Translations under genes and position numbers: made by a program | Assembly: GCF_006345805.1 (NCBI RefSeq) | Contig: NW_021833288.1 | Location: 1-64,000 of the forward strand | DNA length: 64,000 bases | Source of the DNA: Octopus sinensis | Lineage: Eukaryota | Direction: 5' to 3' | In this document: positions 12,736 to 27,530 of the stretch, piece after piece | How positions within the stretch are numbered: the first letter of the stretch is position 1 | Layout: each line of letters begins with the position of its first letter | Notes under the pieces: generated by a model | Seen by the model: the letters and a program-made list of their open reading frames with translations, nothing else | Told to the model about the DNA's origin: nothing | The model's database searches: none

Positions 12736-14546
12736 TTATTTTTTTCCAATTTTCACACAGTGTTCCGATAAAAATGGCACATACAAATCAATCATATTTG
12801 GCAAAACCATCTGCTTCTAAGAAATTATTTTCCTGGAAAAAACCTCAAACAAACTAATTAGGGAACGCTTGAAATATTTGCTGAAAGAATTTCCAATGGA
12901 TTTGGAGCCAACCATCGGTTTAATCGATAAGAAAAGACTAGGTGTCGGCTTAAATCCTATCCTAAAAATCATATCCACTATAAAAACAACCAAATACGAT
13001 CTGTAGGAGGATTTGGAATGTTGAAACAAAAAATTCCCATCAATGAAGATATTTCGACATTTAGTTTGAATATGGAATTAGAAACCCCCGCAAACGACTT
13101 TTTGATAACCCCGAATTCAGACGCCTTCTTAAAATAACTAGAATTTTTGATTCGATCAACAATATCGTCAAAATTACTTTCCTTTCTACTATAAAATTAT
13201 TAAAAAATGACTAAATACGCAGAAAAGTCCAATTCTTCATCATCAGAATCATTCCTTTTAAATTTAAAACAAATATCATACCTCTTAGAGCCTTCGTCAG
13301 TCTTACTGCGTTCATTCATCAGATTTACTCTTGTTTCAATCTCGAAAATCAATCCACCGTCATATGACATTTCCAGGTCAAACCAGATGCCATTTGTGTC
13401 ATAATATGGATTTCGAGCATGACGTATTATAGGGAGCGAGACCCCAAGATTAGTCACAGTTAATTTTATGTAGTCGATTATAAATGGAATCTTTTTAATT
13501 TAAACAAAACAACTTCAATTAAATTTATTTTCCTCTGTAAATGATTCTCGATTATCCCTTTCCAGTAATCATCCAACGATTTCTTATCAAAAAGGTGATG
13601 AATTATGCAATTTTGCAAGAGTTCTAAATTTGGTTGATTTTTTAAACTTTATCAACAATTAAGGAAAATCTAAACCTTTGGGGAATTGACCGAGAGTATA
13701 ATTTATTCGCACAAGCAGCTGACTGGAACACAGAAAACCACATTTGTTTTTCTCTTTTAAATTGGGCATAGAAAAATAATTTCTTTTTGTTTGTTGTTTC
13801 TACGCAAATTGGATATCGCACTGACCAAAGCTTGTTCAGTGAAGAAAATTTCGGAATTAGATAAACATCAGCATCTGTAATAAATAAAAAAAACAATTTT
13901 CACTTTTTAGATTGTACATTTTCCCTCTCTGATCTTCTATGCTTTTACTAATAACAACAAATTGTTCATCTATGATTTTTGTATATACTTTTTTCTCGTC
14001 ATTTGGATAACCACAAGAAAGATAAAGATATCCTTTATACGAAATATCATCGGGAAAATTGACAGGAATTAACGAATTTGTGTTTTTAACCGAAGAATTA
14101 ATTTCTTTTAATACCATCAGATTAAATATTCTTTCGACTAAAACATTCCAAAAAACTGCAAAAAGAATGCCAATAATTATTACGGCGTAGATAAATCCTT
14201 TAATAAATTGGAAATGAATTTTGTCAGTCAAATAAGTTAAGAATAATACTGTGGTACATATATTTAAAAAACCAAATTTTGAAATCAAAAAATCTGATTT
14301 CAAGTGTTCAAGATCAGAAAGAAATAAATCTGAGAGAACATTTGTTTCTGACATTTCAAAACTAGATGAGTCTACCGATTTATCAATTGTAGTAGATTGT
14401 GCATTATTACTCTCATTTTTTGTATTTGCAAAATCCTCACTCATAGTTTCAGGTGAGGAAGGCATAACAATTGAGTGACTGAAATGGAATTTGCTATTTA
14501 AATGTTTGACCCGAAAATTTCTAAATACACGACGAAACGCAGGCAT
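12736..14546 (-). CDS. TEX2: TEX2/Nvj2-like SMP-domain lipid transfer protein
   Basis: N-terminal TM pair and PH-like region (LWSVRYPICV, KREKQMWF), then SMP motifs GIWFDLEMSYDGG.IFEIET, NIPNPPTDRIW|IGF and C-terminal MVLPNMIDL after removing mini-introns. Confidence 0.8.
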
Positions 14547-14960
14547 CCAGATTTAAATGAAATTTTATTAAAACACAATTCTATATAAAAAATTTTAATT
14601 TTATAACATATTTAAAAAATATTTCCTTATTTTTATTAAAATACGTTTTAACGTTACACTGAACTGTTAGTAATTAAAAAGCTTAATTAAATAAAAAACT
14701 AACATCTGGTCAGTTAATTAAATCCAAAATTCATTTTTAATTAATGTACTTCTTTGTGTAGTTGTTAAAAAAAGCATTTGGTTATTTTGTTTTATTGATA
14801 TTGAGTAAATTTAGAACACTAAATACTGAATTTCTAAAATAAAATAATCAATTTCGAAGAAATAAAACTTTTATGGGCGGTTTAATTCGATCGAATATTA
14901 AATTAAACCGCTAATCTTAATACAAATATAAAGTCATTAAAAATTGAAAAATGTAAATGT

Positions 14961-16344
14961 TTAAACTATAATGAAAGGACCCAACATTTCTAAAATATAC
15001 TGCTGCATCATAGCGGGTGAATATGAACCACTATATTACATTACTAAAATACAAATACAGAGGAGTGACATAATAATCGACAAATTCTCCTGAAATATTT
15101 TCCGTACAAGGCAGAATTCGACCAGGTTCATCTCCTACATTAGAACTATATTCTCCGTGAAATGTCCGGTAATAACAACTGACTTCCTTGTCCCCAAAAT
15201 ACACGTCTCCTCCATTGACATCATTCAATATTTGGTGATTATGTGCACACACAATAACCTATTAGTAATATAGAACTTAATCCGACTTGTTTGTTATACA
15301 TTCTAGCTGCCATCAGAAGAGAAGTCGAATAAGGCTTTCCAACAAAACTATATACTTTATATAAATAAACTTTCCATCTCTCAATATAGTAATGGCTGGT
15401 ATTACTACAAGAGTGCAATTCTTCACAGCCTGAAATAAATTCTCTGATGGAACAAGAGAAGCAGAAATTCCAGCCGAACATAAATTTGCCATCATTTGGT
15501 GTCCCTACACGAAATATTAAGCATTTTACAAACCTCTCCCATATCAAGTTTCAAAACTTTGACTGAATATTTCACGCACTTAAAACAATTCTAAATTTAT
15601 TATTAAATAACAAAAATAACTTTAAAACATGATTCTAACAATTCCGAATCTCCCAATGTTAGAATCACGTCATTCGATTGAATAAATCGTTGTAGATCGT
15701 CGATTTCCTCACTTTCAAAATTATGTCCCAAAATAAAAACCCAGAATCAATTTCATTTTTATATGAATCAATTGCTTCAAGTACTGCTTGCTAGTTCACA
15801 TAAAAATAAATATTTTCACTTTAAATGTGCAATTCGATTGATTATTACAAGCATCGTTCAATTGCAGTAGTGAGGTGTCAATGAACAAATGCTAATTTTT
15901 ATTTTCGTATTAATACGTTAATAAAATCATGGGACTCTGCTTTTTTATCTGAATTGGTTCTAGATTAAATAATAAAATATTGAAATTACAGAATATCTTC
16001 GTCGTTTATTATTTTTCTTACTGAAAAATTTTTAAAAATAATAAAACTTCGTTTTATAACGTTATGGATTTGAATTTTGTGAAGAGTAAATGAATTGTTT
16101 ACTATTTCTTCAAAATTTGTAATCTTGTCGTAAAATTCTCTTTTAATTTATTATATTTTGTAACTACTTAGAAGTTGTAATATTTTGAAAAATATATTCT
16201 ATTAATTTTATTATTTTCAATATAATTGCGTGAGAATCCTTCGTTTTTCTAATTATAAACATGAATAAGTATAAACCTGGTAGATATATCTACAATGAGA
16301 TTTTTTACTCGATCGACTTCAGAACTATTTAACTTGACTACCAT
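14961..16344 (-). CDS. EIF2B2: Divergent eIF2B regulatory subunit, most like eIF2B-beta
   Basis: Spliced fragments FIQSNDVILTLGDS, GHQMMANLCSAGI, VVIPAITILRDG, LLMAARMY resemble HIHSNEVIMTIGFS / GHEMAVNLSKAGI / VIIGTKTILANG / LALAAKHH of eIF2B-beta as I recall it. Start ATG at 16344 is inferred. Confidence 0.65.
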
Positions 16345-16609
16345 ATCAACGTGAAAACAATTTTTAAATAAAATATACAAAATATTTTTTAAATAAATTA
16401 CTGAATTGTTTATAATTAAAAAAATCTTATACTTAAAAAATCCATTTATCAAACCTGCTTTGGCAAATTATACCGACTTTTATCGAATAGTTAGATCTTT
16501 GTATTAATCAATAACTATAGTTAATAAATTTATATAATTTAAAGAATATTTTCAATTAAATATGAAAAATAATAAATTTATTTTTAAAATCAGTGTTCTG
16601 TGTGTTGCA

Positions 16610-17848
16610 ATGGCACTCGTAGCAAAACGAAAAGTTGATGATTCATTAAATTTACTATCATCTAAAAGACAGAAAGTTGAAGATGTATAATTTATATTAT
16701 CTTTATTTCTTTTTAGAAAGTAGTTCGTAGGAGTAGCCTTCCTGGCCCTGTTATGTTACTTTCAGGTCATACTCGAACCATTCTTTGCGGAAAATTCTCT
16801 CCGATGGTGGATTATTTGCTTCTGCCGGAATGGATCGAATAATACGTTCAAAAAATATTTTATACAATCTAAAGGGCTCTGGAATACATCTGGAGAATGC
16901 AATAATTTTTGTTCCATGTCGGGTCACACGGGTGCTATTTTGGACTTGCAGATATCTTCCGATGGAACGTGAGTTGCCAAATTCTATTTATAATTAGACG
17001 TCTTTATACTGCTTCGACTGACAAAACGATGGGAATTTGGGATTTAGAAACAGGTGCTCGAATAGCCAAGAAGAGAGGACATACTAATTTTATTAATTCT
17101 TGCAATCCGCTCCGTCATGGGCCCGATTTGATATGTTCTGGAGGCGATGACGGGGAAATTTTGGTTTGTTTTATTTTTTCGTTAAAATGGTTAGATTTGG
17201 GACATCCGTAAGAGAAGTGCCATAAAGTCGTTGGAAAATCGCTATCCAGTCACCGCAGTTACATTTGCTGACAATGCTGATACTATTATTTCAGGAGGAA
17301 TTGATAATGATATCAAAGTTTTATTTTTTCGTATATTTTTAATAGATTTGGGATTTGAGGAATTCTGTAATCTCTTGTAAACTTTCAGCCCACACTGACA
17401 CTGTGACTGGATTGGAGCTTAGTCCGGATGGTTCTTACTTGCTCTCTAATGCTATGGATAAAATTGGCATTAAATGTTTTGATTTAGTTATAGTTCGTAT
17501 ATGGGACATTCGCCCGTTCGTGACACAAACCAATCGTTGTTCAAAAGTATTTTATGGACTAAACCACGACCACGAACGAGTATTTTTTATTCTTTATAAT
17601 TAGTTCTTGTTACGAGCATCGTGGTCTCCCGATGGATCTATGGTCAGTGCTGGATCATCTGATCAATTTGTATATGTGTGGGATACAACCACTACGAGGA
17701 TTTTGTATAAACTCCCCGGTCATCATGGATCGGTAAATGAAACAGACTTTCATCCGACAGAACCAATAAGTTTGTTTTTAGTTTAATATTTCGTTTTTTA
17801 GTTTCGTCTGTTTCTAGTGATATGAACATCTACTTTGGGGAGATTTAA
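16610..17848 (+). CDS. SNRNP40: U5 snRNP 40 kDa WD40 protein
   Basis: WD repeats LYTASTDKTMGIWD, HTDTVTGLELSPDGSYLLSNAMD, WDIRPF, ILYKLPGHHGSVNE.DFHP and C-terminal IYFGEI*; mini-introns. Confidence 0.92.
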
Positions 17849-17967
17849 TTCCTTTGATACTTTCTTTTTCAATAAACTGTAATTTATAAACTTTTATTTG
17901 CTTTCTAGAAAGAGTATCTATGTTCAATTTTTATAGTATCTGGCCACTACCCATTCCAGCCAATATA

Positions 17968-20860
17968 TAGGGTTTTTAAAGCTATAATGTCGACCACAAA
18001 AGCTTTAGTTTTGACCTTTCTAGTATTAGTGTTGAAGCTCTAAGCATTTGCGTTTAAACCGCATATAATCAAGCATTAGCGTTTTTTAATGAAATCAAAA
18101 CAAAATTTTTTAAGAATCAAAGTTTGATTCATTTATTTGAGCATTTTGCGATAAAAAACAATGTTCAATAGTTATTTATTTTGTTACTAATGATATTTTT
18201 CAACTTTAATTTGGTGCTGACATTCTCAGAAATAACAAATGTTTCCATACAGAAAATATATCTCTATATGATTCAAACAGAGAATGAAGTGGTAAATATT
18301 CAAGATTAAATTCCAGAATGACTTAAGTTAACTCTTTATAATGATGCATCCAAACATTATTCATTATAAATAATAAATTCAGAATATCATATTTTTTTAG
18401 TTTAATTAGACATTTTTTGAAGGTTTCTTCATTTAGGGAAAATTTGAAAAGTTTATTGAACACGATTCCATATTTGTTCATTTCCTCAAAAACAAATACG
18501 TTTCTGTTTTCTAGATGTGGCACCGTCAAATAGGGCGATTTTTTAGACTTCGCTCTCCCTTTTTTCGCATCCGTACAGGCTGAAAATCCTACTTCATTGA
18601 GAAAAACTATACTTTTATCTTTGATTCCATTTTGTAAACGTCAAAAATTAGCTGCATATATTTTCCTTAGTTTAATGATAGTATTAATATTTTGTTTGCT
18701 GGCATTTTTAAAATTTATTAAATGCGTAGTGAAAGTCTTTAAGATATCTGTTAATAATACTTGGACTGATATTTATCTGCTATTTAGAAAACATAATGTC
18801 TTGATTTTGATGGTGTTAATAAATAATTATCACCCACCAAACTAATAAATAATGTATTGCTTGTGTAAATCATTCAATTTGGAAGAACAATCTCCACGAA
18901 GTTTGCTCTCAATATCTCCGAATTTTATCAATTGCTAAAGTATTTGGCTTACTGAGAAATGAGCCATATTTAGATAGTCACTTATTTTTAATTAGATTTT
19001 CCATTAATTGAACGTTCACCAATCAGTTTTTTGTTGAAAAGGATATTCTATTGTTTGTGTTCATATATAGCTCTTACTCTAACACATAATTACCCGAAAG
19101 AAGTCAATAATCGCGTATATGTAGTTTAAACGCTAATGCCTAAAGCAGTGGTTCTCAACCTTTTTTGTCCGCGGACCCCTTGTGAGTAAATGAAAAATTT
19201 CGCGGACCCCCTACATATTTATTAAGTTGTTTGTCAAAAAAATTTTACTTATCTAAAAACAAAATTTATTATTAAATCAATAGAGAAAATTAGTGAGAAG
19301 GTTGATATTGTTTTTTCGAGGCAATTTTTTCAATAAGAGGCTCGGTTGTCGACAAGCAAACCCTGATGTCATCTTCAATATTCAGTCTTGCGCGATGATT
19401 ATTTTTTATATTGAGAAGTGCTGAGAAGCCATGTTCGCATAAATATGTTGTCGGGAATATAAGCAACAAATTTAATGCATTTGCGCTTACGGAAGGATAA
19501 TGCTTACACATTTCGCACTCAAAATCTTGATAAAGCAAGTTTTTCATACAAATCTCTTGCGTTTGAATTATTGATCATGTCAATAAAAGCCTCTTCGATA
19601 TTTTCATCGACCAAACGTGGATCAACACTGAAGGTGTACGAATGAATTTCAAATCAATTTCGTTCAATTCTGGAAAGTATTTATTTACTTCTTGTTTTAG
19701 ATATGTTAAATGTGCATAAATAAGTTCGGTTATTTTTTTGATTTCAAATGCATCTATATTTACAGATTGTTCTTCAAAAGATTCAAACATAGTAAAATTA
19801 TTTAGTTTTACTTTTTCTTTCCACAGTGTTAACTTCATCAAAAAAGCACTAATAATTAATATGAAACAGTTAACAAACTTAATTTTATCCACAAAATCAA
19901 TTATTGTTTCATGTCTTCCCTGAAGCGATTTGTTGAGTGAATTTATACGAGAGAAGACATCTCTCAAGTAAGCAAGTTTAGATAGCCATGAACTATCCAT
20001 TAATTTCGAAATAAATTCCGATGATTTGGAATTGTTTTCGCGAATAAAATATTCAGATAATTCATTCCTCAAAGAAAAAACTCTGGCAAAAATGTTTCCC
20101 CGAGATAGCCATCTCACCTCAGTGTGGAATAACAAAGCCTTTCATCCTTTTCAAATTCTTCGCAAATAAGTCTGAAAATGCGCGATTTAAAGCACTCTTT
20201 TTAATATAATTATGATATGTACGACATCATCGAGAACATATCTTAAATCTGAAGGTAATGTTTTTGCAGCAAGTGCATATCGATGTAGCATACAATGCAT
20301 ATGTTTCGTTTCCTGGTTAGCAAGTCTAACTTGGTCTCTAAAGCCAGAATGAAAGCCAAGCATTGCTGGAGCTCCATCGGTTGTGCAACAACATACATTA
20401 TTCCAAGATAACCCAACACTGTCAAAAAACATAGAAATTGCTTGAAAAAATATCTTCTCCTTTAGTGGTCGATTCAAGCGAATAGGAAAATAAAAATTCC
20501 TCTTTAAAATCTCCGTCATAGACATAACGAGCAAATATTATTAATTGAGCACAGTTCGCTACATCGGTGGATTCATCAACTTGTATAGCGAAATTTTGAT
20601 GGCATGAAGTTTTTTGTTCTACCACCTGAAATATAATATATATATGATATATTAATTATGATATATTAATTATTATTAAAAATATATTAATATATTATAT
20701 TATTATAATTAATTATATTTATCTTATATTTAAATATGATTCATTAAATAGAAACATTTAAATAAAGTTTCAGAAAAATCTCGCGGACCCAGGTTGAGAA
20801 CCACTGGCCTAAAGCTTCAAGGCTAGTGCTTTCGCTTTCGACCCTAAGACTCAAAAACCC
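17968..20860 (-). mobile_element. Old TIR element, probably Mutator (MULE)-like, whose right TIR is split by a hAT
   Basis: GGGTTTTT...GTCGA...TTGAAGCTCTAAGCATTTGCGTTTAAACCGCATATA (17970-18070) is the inverted match of 19115-19145 joined to 20815-20860. Interior is decayed coding-like sequence; TSD not resolved. Confidence 0.5.
19146..20806 (-). mobile_element. hAT (Charlie/ZBED5-like) transposon, 5'-deleted and frameshifted
   Basis: TIRs CAGTGGTTCTCAACC / GGTTGAGAACCACTG; perfect 8-bp TSD GCCTAAAG (19138-19145, 20807-20814). Motifs QVDESTD, TTDGAPAM, HCMLHR, TEVRWLSRG, FPTTYLCE. Confidence 0.95.
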
Positions 20861-21349
20861 GATAATATAGATTATCCTGACTTTTTAGCTATTGAGAAAA
20901 ATCCGACTTGCTTAACACAATCATTAAATTATATATAGAATCATAACAGTTAATAGTATTGCATATCAGCTCAGATAGGGGCGAAAATTTCGTCATAATT
21001 CAGATTCAAGAATCATCAATGCTGAGTTAATAACACTAAATATGTGAATATGAGCACGCGATATAAATAATTTATTTTTATAGTGAAAATAAATTTAATT
21101 ATTCGGATATGGATACAAATTAAATATTTAATTATAATCATTGAATCACTTTTGATAGGGTTACTAGCGACCTATGGAAGCATTGATATTTGCCCAAACA
21201 ATTCTATCTGCGTATTGTCAGAAGTAATGTTTTGCTATCTCTCAATAAGTGTTCTAATTTTAAAAATTGGGCATACAAGTTATCGGATAATTTATCTACT
21301 TTGGGAATCAAATAAATGATCCCATTACATATTAACTCTGGAATCGAGC

Positions 21350-21720
21350 TCTAGTCAAATGTAAACTGTTCGATTGCTTGACACATGAAAAAATCTAATC
21401 TTTTTTCAAAGTAGCTTGTATTCAAAAATGGCTTATTTTTGCTATGCGTCAAAATATACCATTTTCTTTAAGATTTTTATAGTTGTTCTTGAGGAAATTG
21501 TTTTATTTGTTAGTTTCATAATTTCATTAGAGATCTATATCAATGTTTTTGTTGGATTTTCTTTGGAATGCTTCATTGATTCTTTCAAATCATTTCTATT
21601 ATATATTTTTGTCCTTCTAGATTTTCGTTTCCGATAGGTTATGCCTGTTTTCTTGTATCGCTGGATAAAATTAGACATTTTTCCTCATTTACCCCAACTT
21701 TTTAAAGAAATTTGCTCAAA
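21350..21720 (-). mobile_element. Highly decayed Tc1-like transposase N-terminal fragment
   Basis: Minus frame IQRYKKTG...RKRKSRRTK...LKENG.F.RIAK...LKKRLDF with several stops resembles the Tc1 HTH region. Confidence 0.45.
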
Positions 21721-23019
21721 ATGTCATTTTTATTTCATATAAAAAATAATTTTTCTTTTAAACCTGGACAATTTAAAATTGCATTCAACAATGTTGAACC
21801 ATATTTAAAGATTCCAAAAGGAGTTTTTAAAGGAATTAGGTTGTTATTGCATTTTTTAAATCTAATACTGATATGATTGACAATTATCAGATTCGGGCTT
21901 CCATCAGAAATATCAATATAAAAATGTTAGATTTGCTGCTTTACTATTTTTTTAGAAAACCCAATATGGTTTTAAATGCACACTTTATTGGGATATTGAT
22001 GAAAATATACACAAAATAACTATTAGATGATTTTTATTTGATTTTAAAGACTCAAAACCAAAATATAATTAAAGTGTATTATACCTGAAAAACTGAGAAC
22101 AAGATTTAAAAATATTAATTTTCATGATAAGTCTGCTGCAAACTTATTTTATTCATCGATATCCTCAAAAGGGATTGGGCCAAAATGATAATTCCGATAG
22201 TTTAATTAACATAAAAGAAAAATTTGATTTGCTTCATTGTTAAAAATGATTAAATTATGAAACACGGCAATTTATGTTAATTTGCCAACATTAACTAAGA
22301 ATTGATGACATCTAACACATTCCTTCTCAATTGGTTAGTAGAATTATAACAAAAATTTTCTAAGCAGCCAATCGGTCTCTGACCATTCAAGATTTTCGTA
22401 TGTTCTGGATTTCGTTCTCTGACAGAATAATTTCTTACATTGCCAATGACCTCATTGGTTTCACTGATAAAAATGACAAATGAATTGGACTTCAAGTAGC
22501 GTTTACAACTTTTTGTTTTGTCATTCCGGGACACCTTAATACCAAAAATTTCAAGATCGTCGGAACAAAAGTTTAAAAAACACAATATACTGAAATCAAG
22601 AGCAACATACTATGCTGTGCATCTTGGAGTGATAATTATGCAGCGTTGGCCTATCAACTTTTAAGGCTGTAATCAATTTCATAATGATAGAGGAATTTTA
22701 AAAAACTGTGAATCTTTAAGGTGTAAATGTAGAATAAAAACTAAAACATGGAAATGTACATTTTGTACGAAAAAATTAATTTTTCCAACAACAAGCACAA
22801 AAACAGTTCATTTCACATTTAAATCCGTGTTTCCTTGTGATTCTGTCGCACAAATAAGATGCTTGATCCTTGAACTTTTTGTAGAATATGTTTTGTGGAC
22901 ATTTACTGGACAGTTAGCTAAAGAGAAACAAAAAGTACCAATGTGTGATATCAGGATGATGCACCTCTGTTCTCAAGTCATTGGATATTTGTCTCAACAA
23001 CATGTTCAAAATGCATATA

Positions 23020-24171
23020 CAGTCCGACCTCTAATGGGGCGCACCTCCAGGGGTGGGGCACCTCTTTTTGGGGAAAACTCTGTTTTGGGGCATTATAAAT
23101 TTTTAACCAAATTATAAAAAAAATCAATAATTTTAACATCTCTATTTGGGGCATGATTTTTTATTAAATAAAATTAATTATACCAATTTAAAAAATAAAT
23201 ATTTTAAGACACGTTCATTTCAAATTTCTTGTGTAATGCCTTTGAATTATGAAACAAACAAGTTGAAGATTGCTGATCATCTTTTAAGAAAGAACATTCT
23301 GAGAGGAGATTATCCATAATGTACAATACTAGCAAGGGAACTATTTTTCGTATAAAAAAGAATATTCTTCCATTTATCAAAAAGGATTTCTTTCCTCATC
23401 ATTGAGTGAAAATAAAAACGGATTTGATGAAAAAGTCCTTGATATTTTTCAGCGTCTAAGGGATCAGAATGTTCCAGTTTCTGGAACTCTTTTAAAAAAA
23501 TTTCTCTAACTGTTTCTTCGAGAATGGGTTCAAACAAGTTTAAAGCTTCAAATGGATGGTTAGAAAAATTCAAGCAGAGGCATGAAATAAAATTCCGAAC
23601 ATTGTCAGGCGAATCCGCATCTGCTGATAATTATTTGAATTGTCTAATTGATTTTTTATGTTTTCAAGACGACCAGGATTTGTTTATAGAGTCTTTATCC
23701 AAATTAAATTTGCGGCAAGTGGTAACAATAATCTCAGATGCTTGGAATAATGTATCTGCGGATATTATTTATAACTGCTGGCAAAAGGTTTTTCGACAAT
23801 CTCCATCAGACTCGAGTGCATAAATGAATCATCTGAAGAAATATTTAATAATGTTATTGATGAATGTTTTGATGAAATAGAAGATAATGATCCAAAATTT
23901 ATGAGAATATAAGCTGCGAACCATCAATATCACAAATTTTAAGTTTGATGGAAAACTTAGAGACAAACATCTTTGATTTGATCCAGATTCTCTTCATGAT
24001 TTTATGAATTCAGAAAGAAAGTGTCGTAGGAATTAAAAATAAATATAAAAAATTAACTGAATTTTAAAAAATAATGTTCTCTTTCTTTATTTATTGAGCT
24101 TTTTGAAAAACCTCTTTTTTGGGGAAACCTCTGATTTGAGGCACTTAGTGCCCCATTTAGAGGTCGGACTG
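23020..24171 (+). mobile_element. pogo/Tigger-like internally deleted element
   Basis: TIRs CAGTCCGACCTCTAATGGGGC / GCCCCATTTAGAGGTCGGACTG with TA flanks. ORF 23524-23823 FKASNGWLEKFKQRH...SGESAS fused to AWNNVSADIIYNCW. Confidence 0.9.
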
Positions 24172-24779
24172 TATAACATTAATTGAATGATAGATGGTCA
24201 ACGGCAAGCAACGGCTGTTTGTCGGGAAACCTTAAAAAATGAGATTTTTAAAAAAAATTTAGTATAGTCATCGATATAGATTCCTTCAGATATGTTGAGC
24301 TGATCGTTGTTCAAATGCCGAATTTTGGATTCAATTGAAGGAGTGAAAATGATGAATTTATTTCCATTCTTCCATCTTAACAAGTTTACAAAGAATATAG
24401 GCAAACACTCATAATCAAAAAATAAGAATTTATTTTTTCTAAGTGTTTTATTTTTTGTCGGGGAGAACATAGAGACATTTTTGTTTTCTGGCAAAAGTCG
24501 AGGAGTTGAAATACTCTTCCTTTTTGACCTATATGGACCCAATTCCTCAGACTCCTAAATCTATGGAGAAAAAAACAAAACAAGATTACTAAAAAATCAG
24601 GTGTATTGATGTATGTTGGCTTTTAAAAAAGATGAATACAAGATAGATATTTTAATTTATATAAGATTATTTCTTATGAAACAAGATAATATAAATTAAA
24701 AATATTATTTATTATCTTAACGTATTTTAAATATATAATAAATTAATTCATAACTTTTCCTGATTGCGGTTTATTACGG

Positions 24780-26016
<1,237 letters not shown>

Positions 26017-26929
26017 TAATTGATTTAATAATTCATCCTAATAATTTAATTGTTGGTATTAAATACACTAATTCGAATTAGTTTTATTTTTTTAAACCAA
26101 AAAAGAACTTCAACCACATAGGGTGTGTATCAAACCATTATTTTTTGATTTTTTTATTATAGCATTATAAAAATTAAATCAGACTAATAAATGCTTTAGA
26201 TTAGCGGTTCTGAACTGTGTCCCCGAAAATTTTAGGAATTTTGATAAAAATATATTAAAGTTAAAACTAATTGTGTAATTAAGTATAAACCAAAAACATT
26301 GAAATTAATCTGATTTGATTAGCGTGGTTTACCACGATTTAAACCATCCTCAGGTCTGAAAAAAAAAATAATTGCAAATCTTTAACAGAATTGTTTTCCC
26401 TGTAACATTTTAATCATCAAATGGCTGAAAATGCTTTTTCCCGTTGTGATAATTAATTTTTTATTTTTCTGACTATTAAAATATAATAAAATTAAGTTGA
26501 TTTTGGAAAGGACAAACAATTTGATTTTCAAAGAATTAAATTTTTAAATTCTTTGGGTTTTCGTGCATTTTAAAGAATAAAAGTTTTTTGTTACTTTATC
26601 GTATCAGCGCGGATGAGTGAGGAAGATATTTATAGTTTTGATTGCTGGCTGAACCAGCTGTTTCAGGAATGACTAACAACAACCTTTTCTATCAAATTAC
26701 TATTAAATAACGAAATAAGATCCTCATTATATTTTACCCTTCATGGAATAAAACAAAAATTCGAATTAAATTTTCCGCAGTTATCAATATCAAAATAAAG
26801 TATAGCTCGACATCTAGATCTAATTTTGTATAAATTAAAGAAACTAAATTAAGCCTGAGGCTAATTTTAAATTTAAAAAAATCAAAAAAAAAATTTGTTA
26901 AAAAATATTTAAAATTTCAATCGGAAAAC

Positions 26930-27530
26930 AGATCAATTTGGTTTGTGGATGAATCAAACTTTAATCTCCATATTAGCAGGACAGAAGAAAGATCGCTAAA
27001 AGTAACAAGATGCACTACTCTAGTTGCTACATCAAAAGGATCAAATATGCTTATAATTTGATGTATCTCAAATCTAGGACTCATCTATTATAAAATCCGA
27101 AGTGAAGCTCTTGAAAAGGATAGGCTTGTCATTCGATGAAAACTTGTATGAAGGAGTGTGCATATTAAATATGGTGGTCCCGTTATTATGGTGTTGGACA
27201 ATGCGCTAGCTTACAGTGGTATCAAATCAGTTTTTTGATTAAAAGAATTTAGAGATTTTCATATTCCTCGTCTCACTAGTCAAACCTTGTCGTAAATTTA
27301 TAGTCAAAAGTATAAGCTCAGGTGAAGACTTTTATCTCTTTTCTAAAAAACCAAATTTTATTCTAACAAGAAGGTTTGTCATTTAAAGAGTATTGAACAC
27401 GGATACTTGAAAAAAATAATTGTGAATAAAATAAAAATAATTACATTAAAGATTTTGTAAGCTTTATTTTTGGAATACAAGGAAATATTTATGAGACACT
27501 AAATATGGTTAACATTAAATTTTTAACACA
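26930..27530 (+). mobile_element. Decayed IS630/Tc1 (DDE_3) transposase remnant
   Basis: VDESNFNLHISRT...SKGSN...CISNLGLIYY...VIMVLDNA with stops and frameshifts. Confidence 0.7.

Noticed and set aside
21750-24650. Exon-like pieces on the minus strand around the pogo element (ORFs 22295-22585, 24198-24542)
   Set aside because: No family motif recognised and no consistent spliced frame could be built; may be a decayed or orphan gene.
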